From: an uncultured Oscillospiraceae bacterium
Lineage (GTDB): Bacteria > Bacillota > Clostridia > Oscillospirales > Oscillospiraceae
DNA length: 43,864 bases
Assembly: GCA_904398675.1 (NCBI GenBank)
Contig: CAJFPI010000059.1
Coordinates: 1-43,864 of the forward strand
Direction: 5' to 3'
A model generated the notes under the pieces. The model made no database searches and was not told where the DNA came from. It was given only the letters and a program-made list of their open reading frames with translations. The position numbers and the translations under genes are program-made. Below are positions 1-8,767 of this stretch, one piece after another (position 1 is the first letter of the stretch; each line of letters opens with the position of its first letter).

Positions 1-482
1 CTGACGCGGTAGAACACCCGGCGGCAGTCCAGAGCGTCCGGGTCATCCCCGGAGCGTTTCAGCTGGCCGCGGAACCCCGCCTCAAAGGAAATAATGGTAA
101 TGATATGCACCGTCATGCCCAGAAGAGGGATCAGGTGGTTTTGATAGACCAGGCTGCCCATCAGCTGCCAGAAAAGGGCCAGCGCCTCCGCGCCGATGAG
201 GATCATCATGACCATCTCCCGGTTCTGTTTCTTTTTCAGGGCGTCCTCCCGGGCCTTCACCGCCGGGATGTCGGTGTCAGCGGTGTAGTCGTCGTGGAGC
301 AGGTAGTCGGTGGATACGCCAAACAGGCGGCTGAGCTGCACCACATTCTCCGTGTCCGGCATGGCGTTTTCGCTCTCCCATTTGCTGACGGCCTGCCGGG
401 AGATGGGGATGCGCCCGGCCAGCTCCTCCTGGCTCCAGCCCCGCTGCCGCCGCAGCTGCTGAAGCTTTTGTCCGAATGTCAT
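1..482 (-). CDS. XRE-family helix-turn-helix regulator with C-terminal hydrophobic region. The C-terminal end runs off the window.
   Basis: Absent from the ORF track because it is open at the window edge. Reverse translation from the ATG at 482-480 gives MTFGQKLQQLRRQRGWSQEELAGRIPISRQAVSKWESENAMPDTENVVQLSRLFGVSTDYLLHDD, a classic Cro/C1 HTH. A hydrophobic stretch follows (MVMMILIGAEALALFWQLMGSLV). A GGAGGA SD lies 7 nt upstream. Confidence 0.8.
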   Translation of the reverse strand, partial: MTFGQKLQQLRRQRGWSQEELAGRIPISRQAVSKWESENAMPDTENVVQLSRLFGVSTDYLLHDDYTADTDIPAVKAREDALKKKQNREMVMMILIGAEALALFWQLMGSLVYQNHLIPLLGMTVHIITIISFEAGFRGQLKRSGDDPDALDCRRVFYRV

Positions 483-654
483 AGGGGGTTCCTCCTTTTT
501 CGTTTGGGATGGAGACAGCATAGCCCGGGACAGGAAAATCGTCCACCAGCTTTGGCTTGCAATGGGGCAACCAGAGCTGACATGGACGATTTTTCAGCTG
601 GCAAACGGGGAAATCCAGGGCGGGGCAGGGAAAATTGCAGGGGAGAGCCCCCGC

Positions 655-1281
655 TTAGAGCAGCTCCCCGAAATCCCGGATGAATTGATCACAGACCTCC
701 CGCATGTCGGGAACGGCGTCCTGAAAGACAGGGTCATAGATCCCCACCACCGTCATGCCCGCCGCCTTGGCGGCTTTACAGGAGCGAAGGGAGTCGTCGA
801 AGAGGACGCACTCCCCGGGACGCACCCCCAAAAGCTCCGCCGCCCGACGGAAGATGGCAGGGGAGCTCTTGTCCATTCCCAGTTTTTGGGCGAAGATCAC
901 CTGCTCGAAATAGGGACGCAGCCCCAGGTGGTCCATGGCGGCCTCGCAGTGCTCCGGCACGCAGGCGGTGAACACCGCCATCCGATGCCCCGCCTCCCGG
1001 CAGCGGTCCAGGTACTCCAGCACATGGGGCTTGAGCTCCACCTCGGCGGCATATTTCCCGGCGGCCAGCTCCATCCACTCTGCGATGATCTCCTCGCAGG
1101 ACTCGGGGAGGTTCAGATATTCCTTTGTGAATTTGGCACAGTTGGTCAGGATGGTGTGGGCCACGCCGTCCCGGTATTCCCTGGTATAGGGGGCGCCGCG
1201 CCGGGCCAGGAAGGTCTTGTCCACCTCCACCCAGACATCATTCGAGTCGATCAACGTGCCGTCCAGATCAAAAATCAGCAT
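655..1281 (-). CDS. HAD-superfamily hydrolase (phosphatase-like)
   Basis: Internal start of track ORF 655..1791 at MLIFDLDGTLIDS (HAD motif I, DxDGT). The C-terminal FDDS motif is also present. The upstream 170 aa of the track ORF are Arg/Pro-rich shadow sequence. Confidence 0.85.
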   Translation of the reverse strand: MLIFDLDGTLIDSNDVWVEVDKTFLARRGAPYTREYRDGVAHTILTNCAKFTKEYLNLPESCEEIIAEWMELAAGKYAAEVELKPHVLEYLDRCREAGHRMAVFTACVPEHCEAAMDHLGLRPYFEQVIFAQKLGMDKSSPAIFRRAAELLGVRPGECVLFDDSLRSCKAAKAAGMTVVGIYDPVFQDAVPDMREVCDQFIRDFGELL

Positions 1282-1424
1282 AGCGTCTCCTTGGCAGAAG
1301 GTTGTGGGATTCTCCCCGTGCAGCCGCGGGTACAGGCGCCTGCGGTAAGGCGGAGAGAAAACGGCCCTGCCCGGCAGACCATCTGTGCCGGGCAGGGCGC
1401 GGCGAAAAGCGGCGTTCCAGAAAC

Positions 1425-1772
1425 TCAATATTTCTCCAGGGAGTCCAGATCCATCACAAACACCGTGGTGCCGCCGGTGTCCACCTGGATGGGAATGGCC
1501 GGAGCGGTGCCGGCGCCGTGGGCGGTGTGGCCGCCGCCGGTCATGGTGTAGACGACCTCCTTGCGGTGGCCGGCACATTCCTTGAGAATCTGCAGCACCA
1601 TCTCCAGCTGCTCGACTTCGACGCCGATCATGATGGTGATATTCTTTTTCCGGAGAAAGCCGCCGCTGGAGCTGAGCTTGGTGACAAAGATATGGTGGGT
1701 GATCAGAGAACTGACAGTGTTGTCGTAGTCGTCCTCCTGCAGAACCGCGATGACCAGCTTTTTCTTCGACAT
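1425..1772 (-). CDS. darA: PII-like cyclic-di-AMP receptor (DarA/PstA, YaaQ/DUF970 family)
   Basis: 115 aa. MSKKKLVIAVLQEDDYDNTVSSLITHHIFVTKLSSSGGFLRKKNITIMIGVE...GGTTVFVMDL aligns by eye with B. subtilis YaaQ/DarA along its whole length. AGGAGG SD upstream. Confidence 0.8.
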   Translation of the reverse strand: MSKKKLVIAVLQEDDYDNTVSSLITHHIFVTKLSSSGGFLRKKNITIMIGVEVEQLEMVLQILKECAGHRKEVVYTMTGGGHTAHGAGTAPAIPIQVDTGGTTVFVMDLDSLEKY

Positions 1773-1915
1773 AGGGGTACCTCCTGTCCAAATAGCATCG
1801 GATGCGTTCGCTCCCGTGATTTAGGATATGGCATCCGGCCTGAAAATCATGCCGGCACCACAGGGCGTCCCGGCGGGCCGGGGGGCAAGAATGGATAGCA
1901 TGAATATTTTTCTAT

Positions 1916-1944
1916 TGCAAACGCCCCTGCGCTTTGGTAGTATT
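1916..1944 (+). promoter_or_regulatory. Candidate sigma-A promoter for the DMT transporter gene
   Basis: TTGCAA (1916-1921), 17-nt spacer, then TAGTAT (1939-1944) preceded by TGG (extended -10 like). It lies 42 nt upstream of the start codon. Confidence 0.35.
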
Positions 1945-1985
1945 TTACCATAAAACCAGTGGTGTTTCAATGACGAGGTGAGCAA

Positions 1986-2876
1986 ATGAACAAAAAACCA
2001 ATCATGCAGCGGCTGGCAAAGCCTATGCTGTTCTCAGCGGCACTGATCTGGGGCAGCTCCTTTTTTATGATGAAGGACAGCCTGGACAGCCTGCCGGTGC
2101 AGTATCTGCTGGCGTTTCGCTTTACCATCGGCACGGTGCTGATGTCTGTGATCTGCTGGAGCCGATGGAAAAAGATGACCTGGGACTATTTGTGGCGGGG
2201 AGCGGTCGTCGGCGCCTGCCTCTATATGGCCTACAACCTGCAGACATATGGCCTGAACCTGACAACGCCGTCGAAAAATGCGTTTTTGACGGCGGTTTAC
2301 TGTGTGATGGTTCCTTTTTTATACTGGCTGGTGGTGCGCGTCCGGCCGGACCGGTATAATATCCTGGCGGCGGTGCTGTGTGTGGCCGGCATCGGCCTTG
2401 TGTCGCTGGAGGGGGACCTCACCGTCAACGCGGGCGACGCGCTGACCCTCTGCGGGGCGGTGTTCTTTGCCGCCCACATTGTGGCAGTGGCCAAGGTGTC
2501 GCCGGGAAAGGATATTTATCTCCTCACTACCTTCCAATTTGCCTTTTTTGCCCTCTACGCGTGGATCGGCGGCGCCTTGACCGAGACCTTCCCCACGGAT
2601 TTTAACGGCGACGTGCTCTTCTCCCTGGCCTATCTCGGCATCATGGCCACTACGGTGGCGCTTTTGTTCCAGAATGTGGGACAGGTGAACAGCGATCCGG
2701 CCTCCGCGGCGGTGATCTTGTCCCTGGAGTCGGTGTTCGGCGTGCTGTTCAGCGTGATTTTCTACGGCGATCCGGTCTCCCCAAAGCTCCTGCTGGGGTT
2801 TGCCCTGATTTTTGTGGCGGTTTTGTGCAGTGAGACAAAGTTTTCCTTTTTGCGGAAAAAAGAGATAAAAAATTGA
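1986..2876 (+). CDS. DMT-superfamily (EamA-like) transporter
   Basis: 296 aa with about 10 hydrophobic segments in two halves, typical of the EamA duplication. GAGGTGA SD upstream. Confidence 0.85.
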   Translation: MNKKPIMQRLAKPMLFSAALIWGSSFFMMKDSLDSLPVQYLLAFRFTIGTVLMSVICWSRWKKMTWDYLWRGAVVGACLYMAYNLQTYGLNLTTPSKNAFLTAVYCVMVPFLYWLVVRVRPDRYNILAAVLCVAGIGLVSLEGDLTVNAGDALTLCGAVFFAAHIVAVAKVSPGKDIYLLTTFQFAFFALYAWIGGALTETFPTDFNGDVLFSLAYLGIMATTVALLFQNVGQVNSDPASAAVILSLESVFGVLFSVIFYGDPVSPKLLLGFALIFVAVLCSETKFSFLRKKEIKN

Positions 2877-2893
2877 AAGAACTATGCTACACT

Positions 2894-2923
2894 AATGGCG
2901 GAGCCAGCAGCGGCTCCGCCATT
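2894..2923 (+). terminator. Perfect 12-bp hairpin after the DMT gene (no U-tract)
   Basis: AATGGCGGAGCC-agcagc-GGCTCCGCCATT. It is followed by CTCCCCC rather than a T run, so terminator function is uncertain. Confidence 0.35.
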
Positions 2924-3000
2924 CTCCCCCTATCAGTTTCCTGAGGCGGGGGAGACAGCCTGATTTTATGCCGCCAGCGGCGGTGGAATAGAGGATTGAT

Positions 3001-4305
3001 ATGGACCAAAAAAGACTGCGCGTATGCCTGATGAACGACTCATTTCCGCCGGTGATCGACGGTGTTGCCAATGCGACGAAAAATTATGCCCAGGTGATCC
3101 AGGATGAGCTGGGGGAGGCCATCGTGGCCACTCCCCAGTACCCGGACGTGGAGGACCGCTATGCTTTCCCTGTGGTGCGCTACCGCAGCGTGGACACTAC
3201 CAGGCTGATCGGCTACCGGGCGGGCTATCCCTTCAGTGCCAGGACGCTGGCGTCGCTCTCCGACTTCCGGCCCGACATCATCCACTCCCACTGCCCGGTG
3301 ATGAGCAACACCCTGGGCCGCCTTCTGCGGGAGCGGGTGGACGTGCCGCTGGTGTTTACCTATCATACGAAATTCGACGTGGATATCAGCCACGCAGTGG
3401 AAAACAAGCTGATCCGCGCCGCCGCGATCCGGATGCTGGTCAGCAGCATTGAGAGCAGCGACGAGGTCTGGGTGGTCAGCCGCGGCGCGGGGGAAAACCT
3501 GCGGAGCCTGGGCTATCAGGGCGAGTGGCGGGTAATGGCAAACGGGGTGGATTTTCCCCGCGGGCCGGTTCCCAGGGATAAAAGCGGCGCGCTCCGGGCG
3601 CAGCTGGGGATCCCGGCGGGAACGCCGGTATTCCTCTTTGTGGGGCGGATGATGTGGTACAAGGGCGTCCGCATCATTCTGGACGCGCTGGCCATGGCCA
3701 GGCGGGAGCAGTACGACTGCCGCATGGTGTTCGTGGGCGACGGCGCGGAGCGGGAGGAGATGCAGGAGACGGCGGAGCAGCTGGGGATCGGGGATCGGTG
3801 CCTCTTCCCCGGCGCTGTCCGGGACCGGGAGCTTTTGCGGACCTACTTCTCCATGGCGGATCTCTTCCTCTTCCCCAGCTCCTATGATACCAACGGCATT
3901 GTGGTCCGGGAGGCGGCGGCCTGCGGCCTGGGCAGCATCCTGATCCGGGGCTCCTGTGCCGCCGAGGATATTACGGACGGACAAAACGGCATTTTGATCG
4001 AGGAGAATGCCCAAAGCCTCTGGGCGGCGCTGAAACGCCTCTCCCTGGAGCAGATGCACGCCGTGGGAGAGCACGCCCTCCAGGAGATCTACATCTCCTG
4101 GGAGGACAGCGTGCGGCGGGCCTATGACCGCTACCAGGTGGTGATCGACCAGTACCGCCAGGGGCACACCACCCGCCATTTTGAGTGGAGCGACGATTTT
4201 TTGAGCTTTATGTGCTACATCTGCCGCAGCATTGCCTACGCCCGCACCGTCCGGGACCGGGGGATGCGCCGCCTGGGGCTGCGTCGGGACAGGCCGGAGG
4301 AGTAG
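3001..4305 (+). CDS. GT4-family (group 1) glycosyltransferase, possibly a glycosyl-diacylglycerol/glycolipid synthase
   Basis: 434 aa. N-terminal NDSFPPVIDGVANAT is similar to monoglucosyl-DAG synthases. The C-terminal half has the GT-B signature (FVGRMMWYKG...FLFPSSYDTNGIVVREAAACG). Confidence 0.8.
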   Translation: MDQKRLRVCLMNDSFPPVIDGVANATKNYAQVIQDELGEAIVATPQYPDVEDRYAFPVVRYRSVDTTRLIGYRAGYPFSARTLASLSDFRPDIIHSHCPVMSNTLGRLLRERVDVPLVFTYHTKFDVDISHAVENKLIRAAAIRMLVSSIESSDEVWVVSRGAGENLRSLGYQGEWRVMANGVDFPRGPVPRDKSGALRAQLGIPAGTPVFLFVGRMMWYKGVRIILDALAMARREQYDCRMVFVGDGAEREEMQETAEQLGIGDRCLFPGAVRDRELLRTYFSMADLFLFPSSYDTNGIVVREAAACGLGSILIRGSCAAEDITDGQNGILIEENAQSLWAALKRLSLEQMHAVGEHALQEIYISWEDSVRRAYDRYQVVIDQYRQGHTTRHFEWSDDFLSFMCYICRSIAYARTVRDRGMRRLGLRRDRPEE

Positions 4306-4387
4306 GCACGGCGGAAGCCGCCGTGCCGGACAGGAGCAGGCCGGGCTTTGTTTTCAAAAGGTTTACAGGGATGGGCGGCGAAGGACA

Positions 4388-4416
4388 TGGACAAACGCCG
4401 TGTTTCATGCTATAAT
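4388..4416 (+). promoter_or_regulatory. Candidate sigma-A promoter for tagA-tmk
   Basis: TGGACA (4388-4393), 17-nt spacer, consensus TATAAT (4411-4416). It lies 38 nt upstream of the tagA-like start. A 10-bp hairpin GGCACGGCGG-aag-CCGCCGTGCC sits just after the GT4 stop. Confidence 0.45.
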
Positions 4417-4453
4417 AACCAAATTAGTGAAAACAGACAAAAGGAGCGGTTCC

Positions 4454-5173
4454 ATGCGGATCGATGTGCTGGGCGTGGGCTTTGACAATATCACCATGGA
4501 GCAGGCGGTGGCCGAGGGGCTGCGCCTGTCCAAAACGGAGGGCGCCCATATGGTGGTGACGCCCAACCCCGAGATCGTGGAGCTGTGCCGGGAGGATCCG
4601 GCACTGCGGGATCTGGTCAACGGGGCGGACCTGGTGCTGGCAGACGGCATCGGCATCCTCTACGGGGCAAAGCTGCTGGGGACGCCTCTGCGCCAGCGGC
4701 TGCCGGGAATTGAATTTGCCCAGGCGCTGATGGCGGCCCTGGCAGGGAACGGGGGAAAGCTCTTCCTCCTGGGGGCAAAGCCGGGCGTGGCCGAAGAGGC
4801 GGCGCGGCGGCTCTGCGCGGCCTATCCCGGCCTCCAGATTGTCGGGACGCACGACGGGTATTTTACCGACGATGCCCCTGTGACAGAGGCGATCCGGGGG
4901 AGCGGCGCGGAGGTGGTCTTTGTGTGCCTGGGCGCGCCGAAACAGGAGAAATGGATCGCGGCCCACGGCGCGGAGACCGGCGCCCACCTGCTGGTGGGCC
5001 TGGGCGGCTGCCTGGACGTATTCTCCGGCAATGTCAAGCGGGCGCCCGTGGCTTTTCAGAAACTGGGCCTTGAGTGGCTGCACCGGCTTTTGAAGGACCC
5101 CCGCCGGATCGGGCGGATGATGAAACTGCCCCTCTTTATGGCCCATGTGGCAGGGGAGAAACGAGGAAAATGA
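4454..5173 (+). CDS. tagA: WecB/TagA/CpsF-family glycosyltransferase (N-acetylmannosaminyltransferase-like)
   Basis: Internal start MRIDVLGVGFDNITMEQAV of track ORF 4232..5173, with AAAGGAG SD. Family-typical motifs are present (VVTPNPEIV, FLLGAKPGVAE, VGLGAPKQEKW). Confidence 0.85.
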   Translation: MRIDVLGVGFDNITMEQAVAEGLRLSKTEGAHMVVTPNPEIVELCREDPALRDLVNGADLVLADGIGILYGAKLLGTPLRQRLPGIEFAQALMAALAGNGGKLFLLGAKPGVAEEAARRLCAAYPGLQIVGTHDGYFTDDAPVTEAIRGSGAEVVFVCLGAPKQEKWIAAHGAETGAHLLVGLGGCLDVFSGNVKRAPVAFQKLGLEWLHRLLKDPRRIGRMMKLPLFMAHVAGEKRGK

Positions 5174-5835
5174 GCGGAAAGCTGATTGTATTTGAGGGCG
5201 TGGACGGGGCGGGAAAGGCCACGCAGACCCATCGCCTGGTTCAGCGGCTGGAGCAGGCGGGATACCCCGTCCGGCAGCTGACGTTCCCCCGCTATAAGGA
5301 GGACTCCTCCATGCTGGTGCGGATGTATCTGCGGGGGGATTTCGGCAAAAATCCGGGGGATGTGAACCCGTATGCCGCCTCCACCTTCTACGCAGTGGAC
5401 CGCTATGCGTCTTATAAGCAGGACTGGGGGGCATACTACGAGGCGGGCGGCCTTCTGGTCACCGACCGGTACACCACCTCCAACGCTGTCCACCAGGGGG
5501 CAAAGCTGCCGGCGGCGGAGCGGGAGGCATTTTTGGACTGGCTGTTCTCCTTTGAGTACGGGCTCATGGGCCTCCCGAAGCCGGATCTGGTGCTGTATCT
5601 GGACCTGCCGGCGGAACTTTCCGCCGCTCTCCGCCGTCAAAGAGAGCAGAGCACCGGACGCAGCGCAGATATCCACGAGGCGGACGAGGCCTATCTCCGG
5701 GCCTGCTGTGAAAATGCCCGGGCGGTGGCGGACGATGCCGGATGGACCAGGATCGACTGTGCCGACTGCGGCCGGATCCGCCCGGTGGAGGAGATCCATG
5801 AGATGGTCTGGCGGCAAGTGTCGCCTCTGCTGTAA
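5170..5835 (+). CDS. tmk: dTMP (thymidylate) kinase
   Basis: Internal start MSGKLIVFEGVDGAGKATQ (P-loop GxDGAGK) in track ORF 5074..5835. The DRY motif is present. The ATG overlaps the tagA stop (ATGA). Confidence 0.9.
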   Translation: MSGKLIVFEGVDGAGKATQTHRLVQRLEQAGYPVRQLTFPRYKEDSSMLVRMYLRGDFGKNPGDVNPYAASTFYAVDRYASYKQDWGAYYEAGGLLVTDRYTTSNAVHQGAKLPAAEREAFLDWLFSFEYGLMGLPKPDLVLYLDLPAELSAALRRQREQSTGRSADIHEADEAYLRACCENARAVADDAGWTRIDCADCGRIRPVEEIHEMVWRQVSPLL

Positions 5836-5837
5836 CA

Positions 5838-5866
5838 GAAAAGGGACGCCGCGGCGGCGCCCCCCT
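5838..5866. terminator. Hairpin between convergent tmk and the small Cys-rich ORF
   Basis: GGGACGCCG-cgg-CGGCGCCCC (one mismatch), flanked by AAAA on the plus strand. This gives a U-tract for the minus-strand transcript. Confidence 0.4.
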
Positions 5867-5889
5867 CTGTCCTGAACGCAGTCCCCTGC

Positions 5890-6015
5890 TCAGCAGCAGC
5901 TGTCATTTTGGCAGTCGCAGCCGTTTCGGCCCATGCCAAAGCCGTTTCCACAGCAGCAGCATACAAGCAGGAGGATCAGGATGATCCACAGGCAGCTGTT
6001 GTCATTGTTCCACAT
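5890..6015 (-). CDS. Unannotated 41-aa cysteine-rich small membrane peptide
   Basis: Hand translation of the minus strand gives MWNNDNSCLWIILILLLVCCCCGNGFGMGRNGCDCQNDSCC* (10 Cys out of 41 residues). GAGGTGA SD lies 7 nt upstream of the ATG and a hairpin follows. It is below the size cut-off of the ORF track. Confidence 0.55.
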   Translation of the reverse strand: MWNNDNSCLWIILILLLVCCCCGNGFGMGRNGCDCQNDSCC

Positions 6016-6188
6016 CTCGTTGTCACCTCACTTTTCCGCTCTATTGCAGTTTATGTGGGGCGGGACGGCTTTGGAACCTGACCGGCCCTGTTTTTTCCCC
6101 GATGGAGGGGGAGACATTCCATAAAACCCCAGAGTTTCGCCCAGGAGGCTCTGGACAGGCATTCCCAGGAAAGGAACGGTGATACCTC

Positions 6189-7343
6189 ATGCAGGATGAT
6201 CGCTATAATACCACCGGATGGGACCGGGAGCAGGTCCGCCAGCAGTCGGAGCAGCGCCGCGCCGCTGCCTCGCAGTCCCGGCCGGGGGGAAAGAAACGGC
6301 GCCAGCGGAGCCGGGCAGTCAATATTCTGCTGTATATCGTCTTTGTGGTGGCGGCCTCGGCGGTTGTGGCCGGCGTGGGCTGGCTGCTGGCAAACGACCT
6401 GTGCGCGCTGAACAAGCCCTATGTGGAGGCCCAGATCGAGGTCACGACAGAGGATACCATCGGCACTGTAGCCAACAAGCTCAAGGACGCGGGGCTCATT
6501 GAGTACAAATGGTTCTTCCGCCTGTTCTGCGCCATTGCGAATGCAGATGAGAAGATCGGCGCGGGGACCTATACCCTCGACACCAATATGGATTACCGCG
6601 CGTTGATCACCGGCATGGTCAGCTCCAGCGGCGGAAACCTGCAGACCAACACAGTGTGGGTCACCATACCGGAGGGCTACACTGTTCAGCAGACCATCGA
6701 GCTCCTGGCGGAAAAGGGGGTCAGCGATCTGGAGGATCTGGAGGATGCGGCCAAAAACCATGTCTATGACGAGTACGACTTTGTGGACAATGAGAATCTG
6801 GGCGACATCAGCCGCCTGGAGGGCTACCTCTTCCCCAACACCTATGAGTTCTATATCGGAGAGGACGCCGTCAGCGCCTTGAACCGGCTGCTCTCGGAGT
6901 TCAACCGGCAGATGGACACGGAGATGATGGAGCTGGTGGAAAATTCCGGCTATTCCCTGGATGAGATCATCACCATCGCATCCCTCATTGAAAAGGAGAC
7001 CGACGGCACGGACCGGAACCTCATCTCCTCGGTGATCTACAACCGGATGAACAACCCCTCCTATGAGACGGGGGGCCTTCTGCAGATCGACGCGTCTCTT
7101 ATCTATGCCACCGGGCGCAGCGAGATCACCCAGGAGGATCTGACGCTGGACAGCCCCTATAACCTCTATACCCACCAGGGCCTGCCGCCCACGCCCATTG
7201 CCAACCCGGGCATCGACTCGATCTCCGCGGCCCTCCTGCCGGCGGATACCAACTACTATTACTATGTCCTGGGCAGCGATGGAAAGCACATCTTCAGCGA
7301 GACCTATGCCGAGCACCAGCAGGTGATCGCCAGCCTTGGATGA
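6189..7343 (+). CDS. mltG: Endolytic murein transglycosylase MltG (YceG-like)
   Basis: 384 aa. It has a basic N-terminus, one TM segment (ILLYIVFVVAASAVVAGVGWLL) and a YceG domain with LASIIEKE-type (LASLIEKET) and YNLYTHQGLPPTPIANPG motifs. Confidence 0.9.
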   Translation: MQDDRYNTTGWDREQVRQQSEQRRAAASQSRPGGKKRRQRSRAVNILLYIVFVVAASAVVAGVGWLLANDLCALNKPYVEAQIEVTTEDTIGTVANKLKDAGLIEYKWFFRLFCAIANADEKIGAGTYTLDTNMDYRALITGMVSSSGGNLQTNTVWVTIPEGYTVQQTIELLAEKGVSDLEDLEDAAKNHVYDEYDFVDNENLGDISRLEGYLFPNTYEFYIGEDAVSALNRLLSEFNRQMDTEMMELVENSGYSLDEIITIASLIEKETDGTDRNLISSVIYNRMNNPSYETGGLLQIDASLIYATGRSEITQEDLTLDSPYNLYTHQGLPPTPIANPGIDSISAALLPADTNYYYYVLGSDGKHIFSETYAEHQQVIASLG

Positions 7344-8584
7344 TGGGACGGTTTGCGAAAAAGCCGGAGCTTTTGGCCCCGGCGGGAAATATGGAAAAGC
7401 TGCGCATGGCGGTGCTCTACGGGGCGGACGCGGTGTATCTGGCGGGGACCAGCTTTGGCATGCGCTCCTTTGCTGGGAATTTTACCGATGAGGAGCTGCC
7501 CTTGGCGGTGCAGTTTGCCCACGGCCACGGGGTCCGGGTCCACTGCACAGTGAACACCATGCCGCGAAACGACGAGGCGGAGCGGCTGCCCGCCCATCTG
7601 GAGCGGCTCCAGGACGCCGGCGTGGACGCGCTGATCGTGGCGGACCTGGGGGCCTTCACCCTGGCGGGACGGTACGCCCCCCGCTGCCAGCGCCACATCT
7701 CCACCCAGGCCAGCGTCTCCAATTTTGAGAGCGCCCGGGCCTGGTATGACCTGGGGGCCAGCCGGGTGATTTTGGCCCGTGAGCTGAGCCTTGCGGAGAT
7801 CCGCACCATCCGGGAGAGGACGCCGGCCGCTCTGGAGCTGGAGGCCTTTGTCCATGGGGCCATGTGCGTCAGCTACTCCGGCCGGTGCCTCCTCAGCAAC
7901 TATATGACCGGGCGGGACGCCAACCGGGGAGCGTGTGCCCAGCCCTGCCGTTATCAGTACTACCTCATGGAGGAGAAAAGGCCCGGGGAGTACTTTCCCG
8001 TCTTTGAGGACGAGAAGGGTACCTATATTATGAACTCCCGGGACATGTGCATGATCGACCATGTGGACGACCTGATGGATGTGGGCCTGGACAGCCTGAA
8101 GATCGAGGGCAGGGCCAAATCCGGCTACTACGCCGCCATTGTTACCGGGGCCTATCGCCATGTCATTGACGATGTATTCGCCGGCCGCCCTGTGGACCAG
8201 GTGTGGCGGGACGAGGTGGAGCATGTGAGCCACCGCCGCTACGCCACCGGATTTTACTACGGCCAGCCGGGCCAGTATTATGAAAATTCCCGCTACATCC
8301 GGGACTGGCAGATCGGGGCCATGGTGCTGCACTGCGAGGCGGACGGCATGGCCACGCTGCGGCTGAACAACAAGTTTTCCGCCGGGGAGACGGCGGAGAT
8401 GGTGGGGCCGGATCTGCGCCCCTTTGCCTTCACAGTTCCGGAGATGGAGGATGCGGACGGCCTTCCGCTGCTGGAGCCCCGCCGTCCGGGGATGCTCTTC
8501 CGGATGCGCCTGCCCCGGGCGGTGCCGCCCATGAGCCTTCTGCGTCTGGCCCGCTCCCTCTCCGCCCCGGACCGGCAGGAATAA
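7340..8584 (+). CDS. Peptidase U32 family protein (YrrO/TrhP-like)
   Basis: 414 aa. PELLAPAGNMEKLRMAVLYGADAVYL and EAFVHGAMCVSYSGRCLLS are typical U32 motifs. The start overlaps the mltG stop (ATGA). This is the same mltG-U32 synteny as B. subtilis yrrL-yrrN/O. Confidence 0.85.
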   Translation: MMGRFAKKPELLAPAGNMEKLRMAVLYGADAVYLAGTSFGMRSFAGNFTDEELPLAVQFAHGHGVRVHCTVNTMPRNDEAERLPAHLERLQDAGVDALIVADLGAFTLAGRYAPRCQRHISTQASVSNFESARAWYDLGASRVILARELSLAEIRTIRERTPAALELEAFVHGAMCVSYSGRCLLSNYMTGRDANRGACAQPCRYQYYLMEEKRPGEYFPVFEDEKGTYIMNSRDMCMIDHVDDLMDVGLDSLKIEGRAKSGYYAAIVTGAYRHVIDDVFAGRPVDQVWRDEVEHVSHRRYATGFYYGQPGQYYENSRYIRDWQIGAMVLHCEADGMATLRLNNKFSAGETAEMVGPDLRPFAFTVPEMEDADGLPLLEPRRPGMLFRMRLPRAVPPMSLLRLARSLSAPDRQE

Positions 8585-8767
8585 AATCTGATGCGCTTTT
8601 GGCATACCCTGAAAACGGTCGAGAGGCGGCGGGTGAAGTCTTGTGCATACAGGCAAAACCGGCCACGCACCTGGGCTGAACGGCCGCGCCGCCACAGGCG
8701 GCACATAGCAGAGGGTACTTATCTATATAGCAGAACAGCATAGCGGAGCGAGAGACCGAAATTCCCG

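Noticed and set aside
630-660. Weak hairpin GCAGGGG-agag-CCCCCGC after the HAD gene as a terminator.
   Set aside because: The stem has a mismatch and the U-tract on the minus strand is short, so it is not reportable as a feature.
105-1898. Track ORFs 105..683, 562..1551 and 1302..1898 (+), and the 378-aa version of 655..1791 (-).
   Set aside because: These are shadows of the XRE, HAD and darA genes on the minus strand. The HAD gene starts at the internal MLIFDLDGT (1281), which has the family motif I. The upstream 170 codons overlap darA in another frame.
8591-8743. 50-aa very basic ORF (MRFWHTLKTVERRRVKSCAYRQNRPRTWAERPRRHRRHIAEGTYLYSRTA) in the U32-M23 spacer.
   Set aside because: It has no convincing SD and a composition typical of a random GC-rich frame. 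It is kept only as part of the non-coding-region finding.
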